Shown here one piece after another: positions 8,679 through 19,245 of a stretch of DNA of 64,000 nucleotides; the first letter of the stretch is position 1, and each line of letters begins with the position of its first letter. Below the pieces are notes generated by a model that searched no databases, was not told where the DNA came from, and saw only the letters and a list, made by a program, of their open reading frames with translations. The DNA is taken from NCBI GenBank assembly GCA_963666205.1, contig OY762654.1:1184001-1248000 (forward strand), in the 5' to 3' direction. A program made the translations under genes and the position numbers. The DNA is from Synergistales bacterium. Its GTDB lineage: Bacteria; Synergistota; Synergistia; Synergistales; JAFGMB01.

Positions 8679-10232
8679 ATGAACCATGATCACGTTCGTA
8701 TTTTTGATACAACTTTAAGGGACGGCGAACAGGCAGCAAGGATCAATCTGAATACGGCCGAAAAAATTCAGATCGCAAGACAACTTGAAAAACTTAAGGT
8801 GGACATTATCGAGGCAGGGTTCCCTGCAGCTTCCCAGGGTGACATGGAGGCAGTTAAAGTAATTTCCGAAGCCATAAGGGGTCCCGTCATAACAGGTCTT
8901 GCAAGATGTTCCGGAAATGACGTGGACGCGGCAGGGAAAGCCCTGATAAATGCATCCAGACCAAGGATCCATACCTTTATCGCCACCAGCGACATCCACC
9001 TAAGGGATAAGCTGAAAATGACAAGGAAAGAAGTTCTGGAAAGTGTACAGAAATGGGTTTCCCATGCCAGGTCCATTGTCAAGGATGTTGAATTTTCAGC
9101 TGAGGATGCGAGCCGTACAGATATAGATTTTCTGGTTGAGATATTTCAGGCAGCCATAGCAAGCGGAGCAACCACACTGAATATTCCTGATACAGTCGGA
9201 TATGCTGTACCCCATGAATTTGCAGAGATGGTAAGAGAGGTCATTACAAGAACCGGCGCAGGGAAAGATATCATCTGGTCTGTCCACGCTCATAACGACC
9301 TTGGCCTGGCCGTCATCAATTCCCTTGAGGCGGTTAGGAATGGAGTACGGCAGGTTGAGTGCACAATAAACGGAATAGGCGAAAGGGCCGGAAATGCTTC
9401 TCTGGAAGAGATCGTGATGGGCCTTCGCACAAGAAGTGATCATTTTGGAGTCCAGACCCGGCTTGAAACCTCTCAGCTATATTCAACAAGCCACCTGGTT
9501 TCCAAACTGACCGGCTTCAATGTTCCGCCCAACAAGGCTATAGTGGGATCTAACGCCTTTGCTCATGAAGCGGGGATCCACCAGCATGGCATGCTCTGCA
9601 ACAGATCTACCTACGAAATAATGAATCCTGAAGATGTAGGGGCTCCCTCTACAGATCTCGTCCTCGGGAAACATTCTGGACACCATGCCTTCCGGGAGAA
9701 GGTCGAAGAGATGGGTTACCATCTTTCCCGGGATGAGATGAAAGAAGCCTTTTCTCTTTTCAAGGAACTCTGCGACAGGAAGGAAATGGTAAGTTCAGAA
9801 GACATAGAGATCCTCATAATTGATGAGATCCTTGCAATCACACCCGAAAGGAAATACATTCTGACAGACTTCAATGTTCACACAACAAAGGGGCAGGCCT
9901 CTGCAGGAATAAGTCTCCGGAATGGAGAGACCATAATGAGTGATGCCGCCACAGGAAATGGGCCTATAGATGCAGCTTACGCTGCCATCAGGCGGATAAT
10001 TGATATGGACACACAGCTGGTAAGTTATCAGATAGATGCTGCCAGCGAGAAGTCTGATGCCATCGGAGAAGCCCATATCACACTGGAACTCCAGGGCCTT
10101 GTTTCCCAGGGAAGGGGTGCAAGCACAGATATCGTCGAAGCCAGCATAAAGGCGTATATCAATGCCGTTAACAGATTGTTCCAGCTTGCTGCAGCCCGGG
10201 GCGTAGACCTTGAAATAGAAAAGGCTTCATAA
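8679..10232 (+). CDS. leuA: 2-isopropylmalate synthase
   Basis: DTTLRDGEQ, HAHNDLG, GERAGN, HEAGIHQHG; C-terminal regulatory domain (GNGPIDA). Confidence 0.95.
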   Translation: MNHDHVRIFDTTLRDGEQAARINLNTAEKIQIARQLEKLKVDIIEAGFPAASQGDMEAVKVISEAIRGPVITGLARCSGNDVDAAGKALINASRPRIHTFIATSDIHLRDKLKMTRKEVLESVQKWVSHARSIVKDVEFSAEDASRTDIDFLVEIFQAAIASGATTLNIPDTVGYAVPHEFAEMVREVITRTGAGKDIIWSVHAHNDLGLAVINSLEAVRNGVRQVECTINGIGERAGNASLEEIVMGLRTRSDHFGVQTRLETSQLYSTSHLVSKLTGFNVPPNKAIVGSNAFAHEAGIHQHGMLCNRSTYEIMNPEDVGAPSTDLVLGKHSGHHAFREKVEEMGYHLSRDEMKEAFSLFKELCDRKEMVSSEDIEILIIDEILAITPERKYILTDFNVHTTKGQASAGISLRNGETIMSDAATGNGPIDAAYAAIRRIIDMDTQLVSYQIDAASEKSDAIGEAHITLELQGLVSQGRGASTDIVEASIKAYINAVNRLFQLAAARGVDLEIEKAS

Positions 10233-10318
10233 ATCTCAGACTACAGATCAGATAAGGGGAGGACCCTGGGGATAATCCATTCTATGATGAAACAGGAATT
10301 GCCTCCCTTTATCTGTGA

Positions 10319-10714
10319 TCAGGAGGATACCCTTACAAAGACGGTCCGATCTCTGGGACCGTCGAACTCACAGAAAAATATACCCTGCCAGGTTCCCAGG
10401 ATGATTTCCCCCTCATCAATAATTAAGGTTATAGAGGAACCGATGACACTGGCTTTGATGTGGGCTGCAGAATTCCCTTCCAGGTGATGATAACTGTCTT
10501 CCATGGGGATCACCCTGTCAAGCTCGTGGAGGATATCTCTTTTTACATCCCTGTCAGCATTTTCATTTATAGTAACTCCAGCGGTGGTATGGGGAATAAA
10601 TATATGACAGGTCCCTTCGGATATTTCAGCCCTTTCGACTATTCTCTGTACCATAATAGTGATATCCTTCATTTCCATTTTTGATACCGTTCTTATTTCA
10701 AGTTTTTCCAGCAC
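10319..10714 (-). CDS. yjbQ: YjbQ/UPF0047 family protein
   Basis: PHTTAGVTINEN, HLEGNSAAHIKAS, LGTWQGIFFCEFDGPR; GTG start at 10714 with a GAGGAGG RBS. Confidence 0.9.
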   Translation of the reverse strand: MLEKLEIRTVSKMEMKDITIMVQRIVERAEISEGTCHIFIPHTTAGVTINENADRDVKRDILHELDRVIPMEDSYHHLEGNSAAHIKASVIGSSITLIIDEGEIILGTWQGIFFCEFDGPRDRTVFVRVSS

Positions 10715-11022
10715 TTTCTTTCCCTCCTCTACCGAAACATTCATGATGGAACAGTGAAAGTGGTATCTTTTCATTTTCAGGATACTTCTCTAAAAGGATC
10801 GTCTTTTCGGGAACTTTGAAATCTCCCCTTTCAGATCCAGGCATCAGAACTGTTCCTGGAAGGAAAAGTATTGATCTGGCCGATACCGTAATGAATTTTC
10901 CCCTTTCATGTTCAGAAATTCAACAATAGTCACTGATCAGCATTTCGGCAAGACATTATATTCATCCATCCTCTTGAAGTTTCAATTGATTAATGGATAA
11001 TAATTCGTAGGGAGGCCTTAAA

Positions 11023-12234
11023 ATGACTTATCTGAAAAGATCCCTTGAAACCAGAATTATGGAAGCGGAAAGGAACTTTCCCCTGCTCCTGATATCCGGC
11101 CCGAGAGGAACGGGGAAAACATCTCTTATACGCTCTCTTTTTCCAGACAGGTACAATTATGTTCCCCTTGAATCCAGGGGAATAAGTATCATGGCCCGGG
11201 AACACCCCGACAGTTTTCTGGAAATTCATTCAGGACCGGTCATTCTTGACGGGATTGACAGAGCACCTGAACTTCTTCCCTTTATTGCACAAAGTATCAA
11301 TCGAATTTCAGGCAGGGGACATTTCATCCTTATCAGTTCCAGGGACCTTTTCCCTGCCAGGGCATTCTCTTCCATAGATAGCGATCTCATGGCCTGGTTT
11401 TCCCTTTTTCCTTTCACATCAGCGGAATTTTCGGGCAATAAGGAGTCCTTCCTCCCCTGGGAAGAGGGACAAAAACTACACAATCCTTTTATGAACGGCT
11501 CTTTTCTATGGCAGAACCTTTTCAGAGGGTTTTTCCCCGAGATCGCAGGTAAGGGCGACATGGATCCCACCCAGTGGCATACTTCTTACCTGGAAAGGGT
11601 CATAGAAGAAGATATACGGTTCCTGAGGAAAAAGGTCCCTCCCCATGGGATAAGAAAACTCCTTCATATCCTTGCAATAAAAACCGGAGAACCATTGAAT
11701 TTCTCCGAAATTGCCCGCAGCCTGGGAATGACCCTTCATATCCTTAAAGCATGGGTGAATCTTCTGGTGGAAACATATCAGATATTCCTGCTGCCACCCC
11801 TGGTTCACGGGACCAGCAAACCGGTGATAAAGTCTCCAAAAGCTTATTTCAGCGACACCGGACTTCTCTGTCATGTTCTTGGCATAAAATCTTCCTCGGA
11901 AGCAGAAAAAAGTCCTTACAGAGAAAAGATCTTTGAAACAGCCGTAATAGGCGAGGTCTTCAAAAGGTTAATTCACAAGGCGGGAATTGCGGATATATAT
12001 TTCTGGAAAAAAGCCACGGGAATGGAAATAAGTCTAGCCGTTAAGAACGGTGGACTTCTTGTTCCGCTGGAGGTATCTACAGACATTGAAAAGGAAGAAA
12101 AAGCTGATAAGGGAATAAGATTCTTCAGAAAGGAATTCGGCAAAAGGGTCGGTACAGGATATGTTATCAATCCGGGAAAGTACAATCTGCCCTTGACCCG
12201 GGGAATTAATGCCCTTCCCTTTTCAAAACTTTAA
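11023..12234 (+). CDS. AAA_14 + DUF4143 ATP-binding protein
   Basis: Walker A GPRGTGKTS; KSPKAYFSDTGL; FETAV; YFWK. Confidence 0.85.
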   Translation: MTYLKRSLETRIMEAERNFPLLLISGPRGTGKTSLIRSLFPDRYNYVPLESRGISIMAREHPDSFLEIHSGPVILDGIDRAPELLPFIAQSINRISGRGHFILISSRDLFPARAFSSIDSDLMAWFSLFPFTSAEFSGNKESFLPWEEGQKLHNPFMNGSFLWQNLFRGFFPEIAGKGDMDPTQWHTSYLERVIEEDIRFLRKKVPPHGIRKLLHILAIKTGEPLNFSEIARSLGMTLHILKAWVNLLVETYQIFLLPPLVHGTSKPVIKSPKAYFSDTGLLCHVLGIKSSSEAEKSPYREKIFETAVIGEVFKRLIHKAGIADIYFWKKATGMEISLAVKNGGLLVPLEVSTDIEKEEKADKGIRFFRKEFGKRVGTGYVINPGKYNLPLTRGINALPFSKL

Positions 12235-12358
12235 GAAGCTGCCAACCTTGATTTCCTTAAAAAATAAAGGAGCGGAATAACATTCCGACCCCTTTCTTCA
12301 GGTTTTAATATTCTGACCTGGGTATTCTAAATTAAAATCATGATCCTGAATCTGTAAT

Positions 12359-13276
12359 TCATAGAATTCTCAAACCGTTCTCTTCAGCCAGCATCTCCAG
12401 GATCCTTGCTCCCGCCACAGAATTACCCCTGTAATCAAGGGCAGGACCAAAAACTCCTATCCCCATCATTCCGGGAAGAGAAGACATTATGCCGCCGCCT
12501 ACCCCGCTTTTACAGGGCATGCCTATTCTTACGGCAAATTCCCCCGAACCGTCATAAGTACCGCATGTCACCATCAATGCCCTGATTATCCGGCAGATCT
12601 CCGGAGAAAGGACATCTTCTTCCGTATAGGGGTTTCTTCCATCTTCAGCAATGGTGGCACCCATAACAGCAAGATCCTTTGCCGAGACCTCCATACTGCA
12701 ATGTCTGAAATAAACATCCAGAATCTCTTCTACATCTCCATCAATACCCTGTGTACTGCTAAGGAAATATGCCAGGGCCCTGTTTCTCTCCCCGGTAAAT
12801 TTTTCAGACATATAGACTTCCTTGTTGATGTTTATGGAAGTATTTCCAGTAAGCTGCCTGGTCATATCCAGAATGGCATCCATCTTCGCATCATTATCCG
12901 AATAAGGAAGTATGGAAGCCAGTACAATGGCTCCACTATTTATAAAGGGATTATGAGGTTTATGGGGTTTATCCATTTCAAGACGCATTATGGAATTGAA
13001 AGGATCTGCTACTGCTTCCATTCCAACTTTGGAAAAAACAATATCCTCTCCCAGTTCCATCAAGGCAAGAGAAAGGGTAACCACCTTTGAAATGGACTGC
13101 ATGGTAAATAGCTGGTCATAATCCCCTGCCGTGTATATATTCCCTTTAACATCAGCGATCGCCGCCCCCAGGGCCATGGGATCTGCCTTTCCAAGCTCCG
13201 GTATATAAGATGCGACCTTCCCGGTGGTACACCAGGGACTGCAGGCCTTGACTGTCTGTTCCAGTATCATCTGCAA
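12359..13276 (-). CDS. glsA: Glutaminase
   Basis: GKVASYIPEL, FTMQSISK, NPFINSGA, KSGVGGGI. Confidence 0.95.
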   Translation of the reverse strand: MQMILEQTVKACSPWCTTGKVASYIPELGKADPMALGAAIADVKGNIYTAGDYDQLFTMQSISKVVTLSLALMELGEDIVFSKVGMEAVADPFNSIMRLEMDKPHKPHNPFINSGAIVLASILPYSDNDAKMDAILDMTRQLTGNTSININKEVYMSEKFTGERNRALAYFLSSTQGIDGDVEEILDVYFRHCSMEVSAKDLAVMGATIAEDGRNPYTEEDVLSPEICRIIRALMVTCGTYDGSGEFAVRIGMPCKSGVGGGIMSSLPGMMGIGVFGPALDYRGNSVAGARILEMLAEENGLRIL

Positions 13277-13540
13277 TTACATCCCCCCCCAGATCTATCA
13301 GATAAACTATCTGAAAATATCAAAGAAATGTTCTTTGAAGTACATGATAGCATGATGGCTGATTTTTCTGAACTATTGCAACTTCTTTAAATCTGATTTT
13401 ATCTGTGAATTGAAACATACTGGTAACATAGCTGCAACAGAACATTAACAATATTATGCTATCTTTCTTTCGGTTGAACATGAAAACCTGCCATTAGAGT
13501 TTTTCTCCCTGACTCACAAATACACCTCTTGAAATGAAAG

Positions 13541-13583
13541 CGTAATTGACGGTTACCGCTCCCCTCGGTAACCGTCAATTACG
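13541..13583. repeat. Perfect 18-bp inverted repeat with a 7-nt loop
   Basis: CGTAATTGACGGTTACCG-ctcccct-CGGTAACCGTCAATTACG. Confidence 0.9.
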
Positions 13584-13821
13584 TTCAGGGATGGATTGTT
13601 CCTGCCATATCTAATATAATTTCAATATACAGCCTTCTTTCATATAACAGTCTATGTACAGATCACCCTTTTCCTTTCTTTTCTCAGTCCATTCCATCCC
13701 CTTCCATATCTGCCTCTTTTCATTACAACCGACCTGCTTTTTGTAATTGCGTGAAAAGAGATGGGAAAACCCCTGGAGAAAAAGGTCACACCTTTATTTA
13801 CACGGAGAGGAGAATCGAAGG

Positions 13822-14253
13822 ATGAAGAGAATGATCGCAGGAAGGGTAATTATGATCTTCTGTATCTTATGCTGTGTCACATCTCCATCAGCAGGTGCAA
13901 CAAGAGCCTACGATCCTGCACCAGCCGATGGGTCGGGAAGTGTTCCCCTTCAACCTGTTTTCAGTTGGAAATATGAGGGGGACAGCTGCAATGTCTATGG
14001 AGGCATTTCCCCTCAGGATCTCAGGCTTGTCATGTCCTATACCACGATGACATGGGTCGAATCGCCTCAAAAGCTGCCTTTCGATACTGTTTTTTTCTGG
14101 CGGGTGGACGTCAACTCCGGAGATCAGGTTCTTGAAGGAGACATCTGGTCATTCAGGACCGAATCGCTTTCGGACTCGGTAGGCTGCAGTTTAACAAAAG
14201 GGGTTTCCTGGTTACCTGTTATTTTACCTCTTTTTATTTTACTGCTGAGATAA
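13822..14253 (+). CDS. Small secreted protein with a SYNERG-CTERM-like sorting signal
   Basis: Signal peptide; PAPADGS...FSW...FFWRVD...GDIWSFRT beta-sandwich; C-terminus VGCSLTKGVSWLPVILPLFILLLR. Confidence 0.7.
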   Translation: MKRMIAGRVIMIFCILCCVTSPSAGATRAYDPAPADGSGSVPLQPVFSWKYEGDSCNVYGGISPQDLRLVMSYTTMTWVESPQKLPFDTVFFWRVDVNSGDQVLEGDIWSFRTESLSDSVGCSLTKGVSWLPVILPLFILLLR

Positions 14254-14365
14254 AACAGGGTTCTTCCTGTTGATCCAGTATCATTGCCTTGAAAGAAGGG
14301 GAAGGGTTGCAATCCTGTAAGAAAGCCTTTTACATGAGGTATATCCTTTCCCTTTAATAGAAGAT

Positions 14366-14406
14366 AGACAAGAGAAGGGTCCCCCGAGGGAACCCTTCTC
14401 TTGTCT
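14366..14406. terminator. Hairpin terminator between convergent genes
   Basis: AGACAAGAGAAGGGT...ACCCTTCTCTTGTCT, 15-bp stem. Confidence 0.75.
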
Positions 14407-14437
14407 TAATTACAGAACCTGCGTATCTCTTCTCTGA

Positions 14438-15190
14438 TCACTGTTCCCATTTCTGCTCTATGGAAGCAAGAGTTCCATCCTCTTTCAGTGCTTTCAGCGC
14501 CTTGTTAACTGCATCAAGGAGAAGGGTATCTGCCTTGTTCATAGCAAATGCCTTGGGGGCTCCTTCGAGTTCCACCGCAAATGCCACTTTCAGCTTACCC
14601 TCAAACTGATCAGAGCCGGCATAATCCTTAGCAACAGGCTCATCCATAAATGCCGCATCTACACGGTTCAGGGATATTTCCCTTACTGCATCATCAAGTT
14701 TGCTGAATTTCCTGACCTCCACCCCTTCAAGACCCGAAACATAGAGGTCTTCTGTAGTCCCTAACTGAACTGAGACTTTTTTGCCCTTAAGATCATCCAG
14801 CCCCTTTATACTGTCATCATCTTTCAATGTGATAAAAGCACTGAAGGTTATAACATATGGATCTGAAAAATTAACTTTTTTGCTCCGTTCGGATGTCACG
14901 CTCATGCAGGCAGCTATCATGTCTATCTTGTTGGTCAGAAGGGCAGGAATAAGTCCGTCAAAAGCCATATCAACCCATTCCACTTTTTTGCCCATTTTTT
15001 CTGCCACAGCGTTGACCAGGTCGATATCATAACCTACAAGAGCACCTGATTTATCGTGAAATTCGAAGGGAGGATAGGTTCCTTCAGTTCCGACAACAAT
15101 AACATCCTTATCCATTACAGATGCTGCAAAAGCCGTTCCGGCAATTAGGATAAGGGCCAATACCGCAAAAATAGATACTATTTTTTTCAT
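14438..15190 (-). CDS. Polar amino acid ABC transporter substrate-binding protein (family 3)
   Basis: Signal peptide; VGTEGTYPPFEF, GYDIDL, FDGLIPAL, VQLGTT. Confidence 0.92.
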   Translation of the reverse strand: MKKIVSIFAVLALILIAGTAFAASVMDKDVIVVGTEGTYPPFEFHDKSGALVGYDIDLVNAVAEKMGKKVEWVDMAFDGLIPALLTNKIDMIAACMSVTSERSKKVNFSDPYVITFSAFITLKDDDSIKGLDDLKGKKVSVQLGTTEDLYVSGLEGVEVRKFSKLDDAVREISLNRVDAAFMDEPVAKDYAGSDQFEGKLKVAFAVELEGAPKAFAMNKADTLLLDAVNKALKALKEDGTLASIEQKWEQ

Positions 15191-15460
15191 AATATCTCCT
15201 CCTTGAATATATATTTGTTTATTTTTTAGTTTATAATTTTACTTGAGTTTATTAATAGGGTTTATTATACTCCATGAAACTTTCATGTCAAACTCATGAT
15301 AGCATCCTGATTGAATTGCCATATCTTCTGCATATCCCGGTCTGATAACATGAATTCCCTGAATTCGATAACAAGATAGAACACAATTTAATTCTGAGGA
15401 CTCATATGATTGAAAGATTTCAGTGTAAAATGGCACTAATCCAACCAGGAGGTGGTCATT

Positions 15461-16657
15461 ATGCTTAACAGGATCAGAGAACTTGCAGATAAACAGGGTT
15501 CCCGAATGACAGAACTAAGGCATCATTTTCATTCAAATCCGGAATTATCCTGGCAGGAAGTTGAAACAACCCGTAAAATTGCCGAAATAATAGAGGATCT
15601 GGGGTTCGAGAACATAAGGACAGGTTTCGGGGGAACTGAAAGCGGACTTACAGCCGACCTTAACCTGGAAAAAGAAGGTCCTATGGTTGCTTTAAGGGCA
15701 GATATTGATGCCCTCCCCCTTACAGAAGAAAATGACATACCCTATCGTTCAACAAGAGATGGGGTTATGCACGCATGCGGCCATGATGCTCATGCAACAA
15801 TGCTAATCGGGGCAGCAACCATTCTGTCCGAGATCAAGGATGATCTTCCCGGCCGTGTAAGGCTTATATTCCAGCCAGCGGAGGAACACGGGTTGAAGTC
15901 AGGTGCGGAAACCATGATAGCCGAAGGAGTTCTTGACGGGGTCGATGCTATCGCGGGTCTGCATATATGGTCCTCCGTCCCTTCAGGGAAAATCGGATTC
16001 AGGAGCGGTCCGATAATGGCTTCGGCAGATGTATGGGAAATAACCGTCAAGGGTAAAGGCGGTCACGGATCGATGCCCCATAATGCCATTGATCCCACCA
16101 TAGCTGCAGCTACGGTAATAACAACGATGCAGACGGTAGTAAGCAGGGAGATCGACCCACAGGACACAGTGGTGCTGAGCATTGGCCAGATAGAATCAGG
16201 AACTGCCGCCAATATCATACCGGAATCGGCTACACTTAAAGGCAATATCCGAACCACAAGTCCCGAAACACGGGCAGCCATCCCTGAAAAGATGGAAAGG
16301 ATCATGAAGGGCATCTGCTCAGCCATGAGATGCGAAGGGATCCTCAATTTCATGAATATATATCCGGTAACGGTAAATGACGAGAAACTCTCAGATCTCG
16401 CAATAAGCACTGCCATAGAGATGTTAGGGGAGAATTACGTTGAAAAAGCCCCTCTCCTTATGGGATCCGAAGATTTCAGCTATTACGGGGAAAAAGTCCC
16501 TGGTACTTTCTTTCTCCTGGGATGCGGGAACAAAGAAAAGGGAACGAACAATCAGCATCATTCTCCAAGATTCAACATCGATGACGATGTCCTTCCCTCA
16601 GGCACTGCCATGCTCGCAGGATTTGCCTGGAAATTCCTGTCTGAACAGGGAAAATAG
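15461..16657 (+). CDS. M20D family amidohydrolase
   Basis: HSNPELS, LRADIDALP, MHACGHDAH, FQPAEE, GSEDF, HHSPRF. Confidence 0.93.
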   Translation: MLNRIRELADKQGSRMTELRHHFHSNPELSWQEVETTRKIAEIIEDLGFENIRTGFGGTESGLTADLNLEKEGPMVALRADIDALPLTEENDIPYRSTRDGVMHACGHDAHATMLIGAATILSEIKDDLPGRVRLIFQPAEEHGLKSGAETMIAEGVLDGVDAIAGLHIWSSVPSGKIGFRSGPIMASADVWEITVKGKGGHGSMPHNAIDPTIAAATVITTMQTVVSREIDPQDTVVLSIGQIESGTAANIIPESATLKGNIRTTSPETRAAIPEKMERIMKGICSAMRCEGILNFMNIYPVTVNDEKLSDLAISTAIEMLGENYVEKAPLLMGSEDFSYYGEKVPGTFFLLGCGNKEKGTNNQHHSPRFNIDDDVLPSGTAMLAGFAWKFLSEQGK

Positions 16658-16757
16658 CGATGACAGTAAGCTATGTATGATATTTTAAAGGGACTCCATT
16701 CTCGGAGTCCCTTTCGATCAGTAATTCTGCCAGATCCCCTGCAAAGTTCTTTCTCCA

Positions 16758-17522
16758 TCAGTATTCAGAATTTATTTCAAGCCTTCTGGCAAGGAGTTCA
16801 GAAAAAGGGTTCAGCTTGCTCTGCTCTTCAAGGATGTCAAAGGTGTAACCCAGATGAGATTCAGCTGCCTTGAGCGCTTTATGGCCATCCTGAGTAACAA
16901 TTGCATTGACCAGATCCTCATGCTGCTGGAGAATTGCCGCAGTTCTTTCCGGCTGCTCTGAATCAAGGATCTGCATTCGCATGGATACTATGGATTTTTC
17001 CATAAGCTCGGTAATATTCTCGTGGATCCTGGACAGGATGGTATTATGGGTTGCCTGAAAGATCGTATTATGGAGGACCGTGTTCCAATAGGCCCCCTGC
17101 TGGGCCTCATCTCTTCCATGTTCTGAAAATATCATTTTCAGTTCTCCCAGACATGCTTTCAGTTTTTCAACATCATCATCTGTTCTTCTCAAAGATGCAA
17201 GATAGGCAGCTTTTCCCTCGATGATCTGCCTGATCTCCATAACCTGCCCCAGGGTTTCCATGGGCCAGAGAAATGCCAGACCTATCCTTGGAGGAAGATC
17301 CCTGCTTTCTCTTCCTAAAAGAAAGATACCCTGCCTTTCCCGAACTTCCAGAAGACCCATGGCTTCAAGGGACACAATAGCTTCCCGCAACAGGGTCCTG
17401 CTGACCTTCAAAAGGTCAGACAATACCCTCTCCGTAGGCAGTTTACCCTTATCATCAATAACGTTTCCTGACTCAATGAGCTCCAAAAGATCGTCTATTG
17501 TCTTTTTTCGACTATCATTCAT
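16758..17522 (-). CDS. GntR/FadR family transcriptional regulator
   Basis: KLPTERVLS...VSRTLLREA winged HTH; FCD domain (EIRQIIE, HEDLVNAI). Confidence 0.92.
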   Translation of the reverse strand: MNDSRKKTIDDLLELIESGNVIDDKGKLPTERVLSDLLKVSRTLLREAIVSLEAMGLLEVRERQGIFLLGRESRDLPPRIGLAFLWPMETLGQVMEIRQIIEGKAAYLASLRRTDDDVEKLKACLGELKMIFSEHGRDEAQQGAYWNTVLHNTIFQATHNTILSRIHENITELMEKSIVSMRMQILDSEQPERTAAILQQHEDLVNAIVTQDGHKALKAAESHLGYTFDILEEQSKLNPFSELLARRLEINSEY

Positions 17523-17617
17523 TTTTCATACTCCTGTCTTATGTCTGATATCAACGATCAACATAAATAGTAACACAGGCAAACCAGTTGAATGAATTTT
17601 CGGATGCGAGATACTTC

Positions 17618-17682
17618 TTGAAATAATCTGAACATTATGATAGCATTTTTAGTGAGGTTTTGGAATACCTTGGTATACCAAG
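17618..17682 (+). promoter_or_regulatory. Promoter and FadR-type operator for the dehydrogenase-TRAP-larA operon
   Basis: TTGAAA, 17 nt, TAGCAT; downstream perfect palindrome CTTGGTATACCAAG (17669-17682) preceded by the half-repeat TTGGAATACC. Confidence 0.7.
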
Positions 17683-17757
17683 ATATTCATTCTCCCCTTT
17701 CCCCTGAGACAATGGATAAGTTGTAGTTTAAGATCGACAATATTCTATCTAAGGCAG

Positions 17758-19245
17758 GTGTCCTTCTTGAAAAAAGGATACGATGTGACGATCATAGGAG
17801 GAGGAGTTGTGGGGTGTGCCATAGCCCGCGAGCTTTCACGATTTGACCTCTTTGTTTCACTCATAGAAAAAGAATACGATGTAGGACTGGGAACAAGCAG
17901 CAGGAACAGCGGGGTTATCCACTCCGGTATCAATTACAAGCCTGGGACGATAAGAGCGAAGGTAAACGTCCGTGGAAACGAACTTATGGATAAACTCTGC
18001 AGGGAAATCAAGGTCAAAATGAAACGAATCGGCAAAATAACTGTCGCCAGAGATGAGAAAGATATCCCCACCCTGTATCGTTTGAAGGAACAGGGTGAAG
18101 CCAATGGAGTTCCTGGTCTGAAGATCCTGGACCAGAAAGAAATGCGGAAAGTCCAGCCCGGGGCAGGTGGGATCGGTGCATTATATTCTCCAAGCAGTGG
18201 AATAGTCTGCCCCTATGGTCTGACCATAGGTCTTGCCGAAAATGCCCATGATAACGGAGTTCACTTTCACCTGGGTCAGGAGGTTTCCTCAATAGAAACT
18301 CTCACTGATGGCGGATTTATGATCCGGACAAAGTCAGGAACCCGTCTCCAGACTCAGATCCTTATCAATGCTGCCGGCCTGTTTGCCGATTCCATCTGCA
18401 GGATGACTGGAATTGAAGAATATCGGATATATCCATGCAGAGGGGAATATTATGTCCTTGACAAACGCCTCGACGGGACTATAAAGACACTCATCTACCC
18501 TGCACCCAGGGCAGATGATCCTGGCCTGGGTATCCATCTGACTCCCACCGTTGACGGCAATATCCTCATAGGGCCCAGTGCTGAATATATCGAAGAACAT
18601 GAAGATTATGCATGTACTGCAGAGGTTATGAAATCTCTACGGGAAGAAGGGCATAATCTTCTCCCTGATCTTCAGATGTCCGACTTCATCCGCAACTTCT
18701 CCGGAGTTCGTCCAAAGCTTACTCCTCCTGAAGTGGGGGGCAATAGCGATTTCGTCATAGAGGACAGGAAAGACATCACCGGATTTATCAATCTGGTAGG
18801 AATAGAAAGTCCGGGACTCACATCTGCTCCTGCAATTGCGGAGATGGTTTCGTCAATGGTCGGCAAACATCTGCCTCTGAGGCCTAATGTCAATTTCAGC
18901 CCTGACAGCAAGGGATCTCCCTTCTTCTTCAGCGAACTTCCCGAGGAAGAAAAGAAACATCTAATCTCTGAAAACCCTAATTACGGAGAGATCATCTGCA
19001 GATGTGAAAAGATAACAAAACAGGAAATTCTCGATGCCATAAACAACCCCCTCGGAGCAAGAACCTTCGTCAGCATCAAATACAGGGCTAGATCGGGCAT
19101 GGGAAGATGCCAGGGAGGATTCTGCATGCCCAGGATAACTAAAATACTAAGGGATGAATTCGGGCTCTCTCCTGAAGACTTTATCCTGAGAGGTAGAACT
19201 TCCCCTCTCTTTGTCGGCAAAGTAAGAGAGGGGGACCAGGGATAA
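17758..19245 (+). CDS. FAD-dependent dehydrogenase (LhgO/GlpA-like) with C-terminal BFD-like [2Fe-2S] domain
   Basis: IIGGGVVG, TSSRNSGVIHSG, GIESPGLTSAPA; ICRCE...GMGRCQGGFC. Confidence 0.88.
   Translation: MSFLKKGYDVTIIGGGVVGCAIARELSRFDLFVSLIEKEYDVGLGTSSRNSGVIHSGINYKPGTIRAKVNVRGNELMDKLCREIKVKMKRIGKITVARDEKDIPTLYRLKEQGEANGVPGLKILDQKEMRKVQPGAGGIGALYSPSSGIVCPYGLTIGLAENAHDNGVHFHLGQEVSSIETLTDGGFMIRTKSGTRLQTQILINAAGLFADSICRMTGIEEYRIYPCRGEYYVLDKRLDGTIKTLIYPAPRADDPGLGIHLTPTVDGNILIGPSAEYIEEHEDYACTAEVMKSLREEGHNLLPDLQMSDFIRNFSGVRPKLTPPEVGGNSDFVIEDRKDITGFINLVGIESPGLTSAPAIAEMVSSMVGKHLPLRPNVNFSPDSKGSPFFFSELPEEEKKHLISENPNYGEIICRCEKITKQEILDAINNPLGARTFVSIKYRARSGMGRCQGGFCMPRITKILRDEFGLSPEDFILRGRTSPLFVGKVREGDQG

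Noticed and set aside
10715-10990. Lysine-riboswitch-like fragments (TGAAAGGGGA twice, GCCGAA) or a UGA-readthrough ORF upstream of yjbQ
   Set aside because: The fragments are in the wrong order with no closing stem, and the readthrough product resembles nothing I recognise.
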